58,228 bases of DNA from a bacterium (lineage in GTDB: Bacteria > UBA10199 > 2-02-FULL-44-16 > JAAZCA01), in NCBI GenBank assembly GCA_041658465.1, contig JBBAAC010000001.1, forward strand, positions 1-58,228, given 5' to 3'. Below, piece after piece: positions 47,164 through 54,711 of the stretch. The notes under the pieces are model-generated. The model ran no database searches, was not told the DNA's origin, and was given only the letters and a program-made list of their open reading frames with translations. Every line of letters starts with the position of its first letter. Within the stretch, counting starts at the first letter, position 1. The translations under genes and the position numbers were made by a program.

Positions 47164-47697
47164 CTACTCGTAATGGAACCCGTTGAAGAAGGTCTCAAAG
47201 GCCTCCTTCACGTCCGGATTCCCACCAGCCGGGGCGACGGAATAGAAATCAAACACGCAATAATTTTTGCGAACGATGACCAGATCTACATCCGTGGGCA
47301 CACCGTCCACAGAACCCGTGATGTGCTGGCGGAGCGCGCCCCTCTCGTTGAGCGTGAAGTTCTTCTCGTTCGTCACCTGTCGCTTTTCCAGCGCCGTGAT
47401 GATGTCGCCGGAGAGAGAATCCAGGGTGCGATCGGTGACGGATTTTCCACAATAGGCGTCAGTAGAGATCGAGGCCTTGAGACCCTCGTTGTAGAAGCTG
47501 ATCGTGCGCGCGCGCGTCTTCAGAGCTCGCCAGTCATCGGCCAGCACGCCGACCGTGTAATATTTATCGTGGCGGATATAGACCTTGCCCTGGCGGTAGG
47601 ATATTACGCCCTTGAACGGCTGCGCCTTGAAAATGCAGCCGGACAAGGCGCTGATCGCCAGTATGAGCAGAACTCCGCTGAATCTGATCCCCCGCAT
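47164..47697 (-). CDS. Lipoprotein of unknown function, first gene of the mla cluster
   Basis: The signal and lipobox is MRGIRFSGVLLILAISALSGC. It lies 11 nt upstream of mlaE. Confidence 0.55.
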   Translation of the reverse strand: MRGIRFSGVLLILAISALSGCIFKAQPFKGVISYRQGKVYIRHDKYYTVGVLADDWRALKTRARTISFYNEGLKASISTDAYCGKSVTDRTLDSLSGDIITALEKRQVTNEKNFTLNERGALRQHITGSVDGVPTDVDLVIVRKNYCVFDFYSVAPAGGNPDVKEAFETFFNGFHYE

Positions 47698-47801
47698 CAA
47701 AGGGAATATATCGGCATTCCGTACTGTTGACAAGGAGTTAGAAAGCTACGTACCACAAAGCGAGCAGGGCTCCCGGCCCTCTCGGCGAACGAGTCAACAC
47801 C

Positions 47802-48215
47802 GTGCCTAAGTACGCGGTGACCCACGGCTGGCATCTCGCAAGCCGACACCGAGTTGAGCTCAGATCGTATGGCTAACGGTGGATTTTCAGCCACCGCGGT
47901 CCCCATTGCTCGAAGCCTGCCGCAGGTCACCGCTCGCTCCGTGCCACTGATCGTGGCCCATCGATAAACGGGGGAAACCCGCTTGCTATGTGCCACTACG
48001 CGAGTTGAATCAAGGCGCAGGACGAGCGGGGTCCCCAGCCCAGCTTCGAGCAATGGGGACCGCAAAGCTAGTGATTCACCGTTAGCCTTATAAGTTGAGC
48101 TAAACTCGGTATCGGCTTGCGAGATGATGGGCTGGGGACCCCGCTTGAGCAGTGGCGATGGACAAGGTGCGTGAGGACGGAGCCAGCCGTGGGTCACCGC
48201 TTGCTTTGCCTGCAT
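47802..48215. repeat. R-element, locus 3: best-preserved composite copy, with perfect 19-nt terminal inverted repeats
   Basis: gcggtgacccacggctggc (47813-47831) is the exact reverse complement of gccagccgtgggtcaccgc (48183-48201). The internal arms pair as ccgacaccgagtt/aactcggtatcgg, ggctaacggtgga/tcaccgttagcc and gcggtccccattgctcgaagc/gcttcgagcaatggggaccgc. Confidence 0.85.
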
Positions 48216-48235
48216 TGCTGGCTTATGAGGCTGCA

Positions 48236-48937
48236 ATGAATTCCATTACCGCCAATATCGCCATGGTGCGGGAACGGATCGCGGCGGCGGCTGCGCGCGC
48301 GGGTCGCGATCCCGCCTCGATCAAGCTCGTCGCCGTATCCAAGACCAAAGCCACCGCGCAGATCAGGGAGGCCTTCGCCGCAGGGCAGAGGGTCTTTGGC
48401 GAGAGCTATGCCCAGGAGATGCGCGACAAATCCAGGGAACTCGCGGATCTGCCGATAGAATGGCATTTCATAGGGCATCTTCAGCGCAACAAGGCAAAAT
48501 ACGCCGTGGAGGCGCGCGCGGTGATCGAAACCGTGGATTCCCTCGATCTCGCGGAGGAGATAGGCAGGCAGCGGGCAAGGCGCGAAAGCGGCCCGGATCG
48601 TGCCTTGCCCGTCTTCATAGAGGTGAACATCGGCAACGAGAGCTCAAAATCAGGCGTTCAGCCGGAAGGAGTCCCTGAGCTAGCTGTGCGGATCAGCGCA
48701 CTGCCTGATCTCAGCCTGAAGGGACTCATGGTGATCCCGCCGTATGACCCTGATCCTGAGAAGAGCCGCCCGTATTTTCGCAGGCTGCGCGAGATCCTGG
48801 AGGAGTTCAATCGCGCGGCATTTGCCCGCAACCGGCTGCAGGAACTCTCCATGGGAATGAGCCACGACTTCGAGGCTGCCATCGAGGAGGGGGCGACCAT
48901 CGTGCGGGTGGGCACGGCGATCTTCGAGGGGAGGTGA
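48236..48937 (+). CDS. yggS: YggS-family pyridoxal-phosphate homeostasis protein
   Basis: KLVAVSKTK holds the PLP lysine. Other motifs are HFIGHLQRNK and SMGMSHDFEAAIEEGATIVRVGTAIF. The start was chosen at MNSITANI, just after the repeat element. Confidence 0.85.
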   Translation: MNSITANIAMVRERIAAAAARAGRDPASIKLVAVSKTKATAQIREAFAAGQRVFGESYAQEMRDKSRELADLPIEWHFIGHLQRNKAKYAVEARAVIETVDSLDLAEEIGRQRARRESGPDRALPVFIEVNIGNESSKSGVQPEGVPELAVRISALPDLSLKGLMVIPPYDPDPEKSRPYFRRLREILEEFNRAAFARNRLQELSMGMSHDFEAAIEEGATIVRVGTAIFEGR

Positions 48938-48938
48938 C

Positions 48939-50297
48939 CTACCGGGCGCGTTTGTTGATCCCGTATTTCTTGGCCTTGTACTGCAGCGTGGTTCGCTTCA
49001 TTCCCAGTTTGGCCGCGGCCTTGGTGAGATTCCATCCCTCATCCTTGAGCGCTTCGAGAAGGATCTCTTTCTCTATGGCGGTGATCTTTCCCGCCACTCC
49101 AGGCTTCTCGCGCGCCAGGCCCCTGACTCCTTTATCAGTGCCGACGATTTTGGGCGGGAGATGGGCGGGAGTAATCGTGCCCTCGACGGCAGCGAGGACC
49201 GCATGGGCCATGGCATTTTCAAGTTCATGAGCATTGCCGGGCCATCCATATGTCTTGAGAAATCCGACCGCCTCAGGAGAAAGGCTCGCCTGTTTGTGCA
49301 GCTCGTCGTTGTACCTGCGGAGGAAATGCGCAGCCAGCTCCGGGATGTCGTCCGCGCGTTCCCTAAGCGGCGGCAGGGCGATGGTGCTTACGCCGAGGCG
49401 GCCCTGAAGCCCGATGCGGAAACTCCCGCCATGAACCGCCTCGCTAAGATCCGTAGCCGTGGAAGCGATTATCCGCACATTCGCCTTTAGGGGCTCCGTG
49501 CCACGCACCCGCTGAAAGATCGACTCCGCCAGAAAGGCCTCGAGCTTCGACTGAGTCCCGGCGCCCAGCGCATTGATCTCCTCAAAAAAGAGAGTCCCTC
49601 CTTCTGCGAGTTCGATCTTCCCCAGGCGCAGCTCCTCGCTCGACTCAGCCGATTCCTTTTCCGATCCGAAGATCTCCAGGTCGAGAACAAACGGGTCGAG
49701 CGCCATGCAATTGATAACGACGAACGGCTTGTCAGCACGGCCGCTCCTGTTATGTATCTCCCTCGCAACCAGCGATTTACCCGTGCCGCTGCTGCCGACT
49801 ATGAGCACGGGCTTCGAGAGCTGTGCTGCGGCCTCTATGTCGCGGAGCACGACCTTCATCGCAGGGCTCTCATAGATGAGAGAACCGCTCTTCTTTGCAG
49901 CGGACTCCTTTGTCATCCGGCGTTCTTCCAACAAATTACGCCTCTCCAGCGCCCTCTTGATCTTGAGATCGATCTCTTCGGACGAGAACGGCTTCAGAAC
50001 GTAATCGAACGCGCCCTGTCTCATCGCCTCCACCGCATTCTCTATCGTCCCGAATGCAGTGATTACGATTACCATCGTTGACGGCGATATCTCCCTGACC
50101 TTGCGGAGGACCTCCATACCGTCCATCTCCGGCATCCGAAGATCGGTTAGGAGCACATCGAAGGATTCGCGTCTGACCTTGTCGATCGCCAGGTGACCGT
50201 CGGCCGCGATATCCACGCCGTAGCCCTTGCTCGTAAGGAAATGCCGTATGATCTCGCACATCTCCTTGTTGTCGTCCGCTACGAGTATTTTGCTCAT
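48939..50297 (-). CDS. NtrC-family response regulator (REC, AAA+ and Fis-type HTH domains) lacking the GAFTGA loop
   Basis: The REC domain is KILVADDNKEM...DVLLTDLRMPEMDG. Walker A is GSSGTGKS. The C-terminal HTH is NLTKAAAKLGMKRTTLQYKAKKYGI. At the GAFTGA position the sequence is FGSEKESAESS. Confidence 0.8.
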   Translation of the reverse strand: MSKILVADDNKEMCEIIRHFLTSKGYGVDIAADGHLAIDKVRRESFDVLLTDLRMPEMDGMEVLRKVREISPSTMVIVITAFGTIENAVEAMRQGAFDYVLKPFSSEEIDLKIKRALERRNLLEERRMTKESAAKKSGSLIYESPAMKVVLRDIEAAAQLSKPVLIVGSSGTGKSLVAREIHNRSGRADKPFVVINCMALDPFVLDLEIFGSEKESAESSEELRLGKIELAEGGTLFFEEINALGAGTQSKLEAFLAESIFQRVRGTEPLKANVRIIASTATDLSEAVHGGSFRIGLQGRLGVSTIALPPLRERADDIPELAAHFLRRYNDELHKQASLSPEAVGFLKTYGWPGNAHELENAMAHAVLAAVEGTITPAHLPPKIVGTDKGVRGLAREKPGVAGKITAIEKEILLEALKDEGWNLTKAAAKLGMKRTTLQYKAKKYGINKRAR

Positions 50298-50344
50298 AAT
50301 TATTACATCATGTAGCATAGCCCATAATTAATGTAAATTTCAGA

Positions 50345-50437
50345 ATACGCGATTGCGTCGCAGGGCACGCGCCAGAGGGGCTGGCGCAGGCGCTTCTGAT
50401 CGAAGATGTGGCCGAAAAATCCGATGGAGCGGCCGAC
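50345..50437 (-). pseudogene. Displaced remnant of the aclA 3' end (about 31 codons)
   Basis: The minus-strand translation [31 protein letters not shown] compares with the intact aclA end [31 protein letters not shown]. In DNA I counted 10 mismatches in the 74-nt core against 52737-52829. Confidence 0.85.
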
Positions 50438-50461
50438 CCAGCGCGCCCGATGAGTAATTTT

Positions 50462-50884
50462 TCAAACGGGATAGTGCTTACGAATGTATTTCACGAACTC
50501 TTCAAAATCACCAAGGCGTTCCGCGATGACCGTGTAGAGCTGTTCCAGATCGATATCCCAGTAGATGTGGACGAGGCGATTGCGAAACCTTGCCATCTTC
50601 TTCATCTCCTCCGCAAAGTCAGACGGCAGTATTCCGCCCTTCTCCAGGAGTGAAAACGTATCCTGGTAACTCCGGGGAATACCCAGCCGCTCCTGCGCCA
50701 CGATATGATTTCCGACAGAGAGACACGCCTCGATGGCAAGCTGCAGCGCATGCATCACCGCATATTGCCTTTCCTTGTTCTTCTGAAATTGCGCGGATGT
50801 GATATCCGAAAGATCTTTGAGGTCTTTCGTCAACGAGAGAATCTCCTGCGTCCTCTTCTGCAAGGTTGCGATGTCCACAGCCAT
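50462..50884 (-). CDS. hepT: HepT-like HEPN-domain (DUF86) toxin
   Basis: The Rx4H motif context is RNRLVHIYWDID. The length is 140 aa. Its start overlaps the upstream MntA stop (ATGA). Confidence 0.8.
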   Translation of the reverse strand: MAVDIATLQKRTQEILSLTKDLKDLSDITSAQFQKNKERQYAVMHALQLAIEACLSVGNHIVAQERLGIPRSYQDTFSLLEKGGILPSDFAEEMKKMARFRNRLVHIYWDIDLEQLYTVIAERLGDFEEFVKYIRKHYPV

Positions 50885-51510
50885 CAGGAAGCCTCCTTGA
50901 GGTCTTTGTAGGCGTCCGCATAAAAATGATCGAGGACCGGGGAATAATCCAGGTATCTAGTGATGACGCCCTCTTCAAAGGCTGCAAGCGACTCATGCGA
51001 CCTTACGTAGATCGCCGAACCATCGCGAATGACCCTGTACTGAATTGCAACAGGCGCTGAGTTCAAGCAGACAAGATCGATGCGCGTTGCGTTGGGAACA
51101 ATCTCAAGCACGCATGCCTCCAACTTCGCCTCAAGATCGAATGGAGAAGATGATCGATCGTCCAGGTAGGCGACATCGATGTCGCTCAAAGGCGTGGTCG
51201 CTCCCGTGGCCTGAGAGCCAAAGAGATAGAGGAGCTGGATTTCCGTGAGAGAGGCAAAACGATGCGCATTCGCGTGCATGAGCTGCGTTAACGGGACTTT
51301 TTCTTTACCAGCTTCTTTCGACATGCCGCCGGTTTTCATCTGCGATTTTATCCACTCGCCCAGCACATCCTCTGCGAACAGCCAGGCCTTGCCGATCTTG
51401 ACCGCGGGGATCAGGCCCTTCGCGGCCTTGCGATAGATGGTCATCGGGTGCACGCCCAGCCACTTCGCAACCTCCTGAACGGTCAACAGTCTTGGCAATG
51501 TCTTGGACAT
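50884..51510 (-). CDS. mntA: MntA-like minimal nucleotidyltransferase antitoxin fused to an N-terminal excisionase/MerR-type HTH
   Basis: The HTH is LLTVQEVAKWLGVHPMTIYRKAAKGLIPAVKIGKAWLF. The NTase motif is LFGSQATGATTPLSDIDVAYL (GS...DxD). Confidence 0.75.
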   Translation of the reverse strand: MSKTLPRLLTVQEVAKWLGVHPMTIYRKAAKGLIPAVKIGKAWLFAEDVLGEWIKSQMKTGGMSKEAGKEKVPLTQLMHANAHRFASLTEIQLLYLFGSQATGATTPLSDIDVAYLDDRSSSPFDLEAKLEACVLEIVPNATRIDLVCLNSAPVAIQYRVIRDGSAIYVRSHESLAAFEEGVITRYLDYSPVLDHFYADAYKDLKEAS

Positions 51511-51531
51511 AGTTCTATTGTATTAAACTTC

Positions 51532-51562
51532 ATTTAACATTGCAATCATTCAATTTAACATT
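51532..51562. promoter_or_regulatory. Two 10-nt direct repeats (atttaacatt) spaced 21 nt start-to-start upstream of mntA, a putative operator
   Basis: atttaacatt occurs at 51532-51541 and 51553-51562, in an AT-rich 97-nt gap directly upstream of the HTH-MntA start. Confidence 0.4.
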
Positions 51563-51607
51563 TCGCCCCAATACTGACCGCAAATGCTTGTTTCCGCTTC
51601 CTGAACC

Positions 51608-52585
51608 CTACGAATCGTCCCCTTCTTTCAAATATCGCGAAAACAGGTTCTTCGTCAGATGCGTGACGAATGGACTCACGTCCTTCCACTCAAGACGCGC
51701 GTCTGCGAGGGCGTTTGCCCCCTCGCGTTTGATGTCCTGACCCATGCGCTTCATCACTTCACCCAGGGAGGAGACGTCGATCGGGATCTGCTCCTCGCGT
51801 AGCTGATCGAGCACGTGATCGAGGCGCACGGGCGTCACAAATTCCTCCGCAAACTCCTTGGCCCCGGGGATGATGGGTCTTTCCTTCGCGAGCGTCCTCG
51901 GGTGCTTTGTGGCAGACGCGCGCTCGGCCCACTTCCCCACCTTGTACTTCGCCATGACGGGGTTTCCTTTGGCGTCCCACTGCATCTCGATGGGCCTCAC
52001 GACGATGCCCTCGATCGTGTTTTCGGGATCATCGATCCCGTTCTCGCAACCCACGCGCGACATCGTGTCGATGAGGTTATTGAATATCTGCGCATCCGGC
52101 CTCCCGCGAAAGAGCACGGGCGTGGTCTTGAGCCCCACCTTCGCCGCCCACGCGGGGATCTCGTCCTGAGGGAGGTATTTGCCGTTGAGCCTGATGTCGA
52201 AGACGCGAAAGTCGTTGCCCTTTATGTAGCGTATGCCCTTCTGGATCTGCGGCCATTCCTTTGACGGCGTGCCGCTGCCGTGCCACTCGCCGTAGAGGAT
52301 CACATCGTGGCCGGCAAATGTTGTTTCGATCCTCTTTTCGAGCCCCGTGTCCAGCACCCACGAGACGAATCCCTGCCCCTCTTTGCTCTCGGGCCGGATA
52401 TCGTTAAAATCGAGCTTGCGACCACCGAACCTGAGCCGGCCATCGATAAGGCCGATGCGCATCGCGCTCCCGTGCACCTTCTCTGTCACGATGACCTCCG
52501 GCAGCTCAAATATTGCCGGCACCTCGTCGATGTTCTCTATGTGCGGATATTTTGTGAATTTGTCTGGTGCCATAAATGTGATCAA
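51608..52585 (-). CDS. Rnl2-family (PF09414-like) ATP-dependent RNA ligase
   Basis: The nucleotidyltransferase motifs are in order: I, TEKVHGS (lysine nucleophile, compare T4 Rnl2 EKIHG); III, ILYGEW; IV, EGIVVRP; V, AKYKVGK. Confidence 0.75.
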   Translation of the reverse strand: MITFMAPDKFTKYPHIENIDEVPAIFELPEVIVTEKVHGSAMRIGLIDGRLRFGGRKLDFNDIRPESKEGQGFVSWVLDTGLEKRIETTFAGHDVILYGEWHGSGTPSKEWPQIQKGIRYIKGNDFRVFDIRLNGKYLPQDEIPAWAAKVGLKTTPVLFRGRPDAQIFNNLIDTMSRVGCENGIDDPENTIEGIVVRPIEMQWDAKGNPVMAKYKVGKWAERASATKHPRTLAKERPIIPGAKEFAEEFVTPVRLDHVLDQLREEQIPIDVSSLGEVMKRMGQDIKREGANALADARLEWKDVSPFVTHLTKNLFSRYLKEGDDS

Positions 52586-52718
52586 TCCAGTGTCAAGCGC
52601 TGTTCGATTTCAGAGCAAACCTCATTCTTGTGCCCGATTGCAAGGATTTGCACTTCCCCTGCCTGGTACTGCGATTCATTCTGACATTTCTGTTTTTGCT
52701 GACCGCTGATGGCTGGTT

Positions 52719-54599
52719 TTATTTCACCTCCGTCATATACGCGATATCATCATACGGCACGCGCCAGAGCGGTTGAGCCAGGCGCTTCTGGTCGAAGATG
52801 TGGCCGAAGAGGCCGATGGATCGGCCGACAACGAAGAGCGCGTTGAGGCAGCCGAGGTCGATGATCTCATCGACCTGTTCCTTGGTGAATAGATCCGGCA
52901 GGGACCAGAGCAGGTCCACGAACGTGATGCCGATGCAGCCGTCCACGTTAAGGATGAGCGTGCCCTTTTTCTGCGTGGTTATCGCCTCCACCTCGAGCGC
53001 GTATTTCAAGAGATCCGTCTTTGGGAAGGTCTTGAACACATATTCCTTGAGCTGGGTCACGCGCATGTCCGGGTTCGTCACGCTCTTCACGAGGTGCCCG
53101 ATGCCCGGGATATTCTCGCCCTTCTTCTTCATATCGCCTATGAACTCATCGGGCGTAAGGCCGGACGCATACGCGCGCTTGAAGTTCTGCGCAGCGCCGT
53201 CGATGGCGCCGCCGAAGCGCGGGCCGATCGTGAGCAGCCCGGATACGAGAGAAGAGATGATGTCCTTGCCCGCGCGCGCGGTGACGATGGCGTTGTGCGC
53301 GCCGGACACGGCCGGGCCGTGATCGGACGTGAGCATGAGCACTGTTTCGAGATACTTCGCGGCGAACTTCGGAAGCCGGCGCTTGAACCACAAAAGCCCG
53401 ATCACGCCGCCGATGCCGATCTCGTCACCGATCACCTGTGAGATCGGCATGTCGCTGTAGGTCAACTCCTCGCCCCTGTCGTTTGAGATCGTGCAGACGA
53501 AGGACGCTGGTTTGCGGATCACGCCTTCCTTGAGGGCCTGAGCGTAATCCATCGGGAACTTCGGAGCGGGGACCTCCGCAGCTGGTTTTATCGTGCCTTC
53601 CTTCACCAGCATGTCGAACGTGGCGCGTATCGCGTCGCCATAGTCGTCGAATGAAGTCGGCACCACTGCGCCGGCCTCCTTGAGCGCCGCGTTCTTCGCG
53701 TCTGCGGTCTCGAGGGCCGTGTCCGCCTTTGCGCCGGCGTGGCCGAACTGCACGCCCGCTGGGAACATCTTGGAGCAGGTGCCCGTGACCCAGATGACGA
53801 GCGGCTTTTTTATCTTTCCCGCCTTGAGCGCGTCCACGATCTTGAGTTCCTCGGTGCCGCCGATCTCTCCGAGGGCCGCGATCATCTTCACCTCCGGGAT
53901 CTGCTCGTAGCGCAGGATGTGATCCAGGAGCGTGGAGCCGGGATAGGCGTCTCCGCCGATGGCGATGCCCTCGTAGAGGCCGTCGGAGTTGCGCGCGATG
54001 ATGTTGTAGCACTCGTTGGAGAGCCCGCCCGACTTGGAGACGAAGCCCACGCTGCCTGGCCTGTGCAGCTTGCTCTCGACGATGTTATCTATGGTGCCCG
54101 CCGTGTTGCCGATCTTGAAGCAACCTGCCTTGATGCCGCCCACTGTGGCGGGCCCGATGATCCACTTGCCCTTCTCCCTGGCTGTGGCCGCCAGGATGCG
54201 GCTCTTGCGCTCCGGCACGCCCTCCGCGATCACGGCGATCGTCTTGATGTTCTGGTTCTCAAGCGCCTCCATGGTCGTGGGAAATGCGGAGCGCTGCGAG
54301 GAGAAGTTCACAACAACATCCGCAGTAGCGTGCTTATCGGTCGCCTCCTTGAGCGTGCGGTACATGGGCAGCAAGATTTCCTTCGCACCAAAGAACGCCT
54401 TGTGCCAGCCTGCGCGGGACGGATTCACGATAGCAGCAACAGAGGGTTTAGCGCGGCCGCAGGCAAAGTCAAAGTCCAGCATGCGCTGGATTGCGTTCTG
54501 CTGGTAGCCATAAACGATGGACTCAGTGTTTTTTGTAAAGAGCTCCGCGAAATTCATTGTGCCTCCATATTTTTTGCTCGCTGCTTTCTTTGCCGTCAT
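52719..54599 (-). CDS. aclA: ATP-citrate lyase alpha subunit (CoA-ligase alpha-like plus citrate-synthase-like domains)
   Basis: SIVYGYQQNAIQRMLDFDFACGR and the phosphohistidine loop GHAGA (VQFGHAGAKA) are present. The C-terminal citrate-synthase-like part is TSDHGPAVSGAHN. The gene is paired with aclB. Confidence 0.9.
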   Translation of the reverse strand: MTAKKAASKKYGGTMNFAELFTKNTESIVYGYQQNAIQRMLDFDFACGRAKPSVAAIVNPSRAGWHKAFFGAKEILLPMYRTLKEATDKHATADVVVNFSSQRSAFPTTMEALENQNIKTIAVIAEGVPERKSRILAATAREKGKWIIGPATVGGIKAGCFKIGNTAGTIDNIVESKLHRPGSVGFVSKSGGLSNECYNIIARNSDGLYEGIAIGGDAYPGSTLLDHILRYEQIPEVKMIAALGEIGGTEELKIVDALKAGKIKKPLVIWVTGTCSKMFPAGVQFGHAGAKADTALETADAKNAALKEAGAVVPTSFDDYGDAIRATFDMLVKEGTIKPAAEVPAPKFPMDYAQALKEGVIRKPASFVCTISNDRGEELTYSDMPISQVIGDEIGIGGVIGLLWFKRRLPKFAAKYLETVLMLTSDHGPAVSGAHNAIVTARAGKDIISSLVSGLLTIGPRFGGAIDGAAQNFKRAYASGLTPDEFIGDMKKKGENIPGIGHLVKSVTNPDMRVTQLKEYVFKTFPKTDLLKYALEVEAITTQKKGTLILNVDGCIGITFVDLLWSLPDLFTKEQVDEIIDLGCLNALFVVGRSIGLFGHIFDQKRLAQPLWRVPYDDIAYMTEVK

Positions 54600-54621
54600 T
54601 TCATCCTCACTGTATCCACCA

Positions 54622-54702
54622 TTCCCCTCCTTTGTAAGGAGGGGTAAGGGGAGGTAGATCCTTGTTCTACCCCCTCCAACTCCCCCTTACAAAGGGGGAG
54701 GG
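54622..54702. repeat. REP-like double hairpin (half-elements in swapped order) between aclB and aclA
   Basis: ttcccctcctttgtaaggaggggtaaggggaggtaga ... tctaccccctccaactcccccttacaaagggggaggg. Confidence 0.85.
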
Positions 54703-54711
54703 AAAAGGTCG

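Noticed and set aside
50345-50437. The aclA 3' duplicate as an assembly artefact or a chance similarity.
   Set aside because: The similarity is collinear over 93 nt, in frame (27 of 31 residues identical), and lies exactly at the edge of a compositionally distinct cargo block. The 10 mismatches argue against a collapsed or duplicated read artefact. It was kept as a finding.
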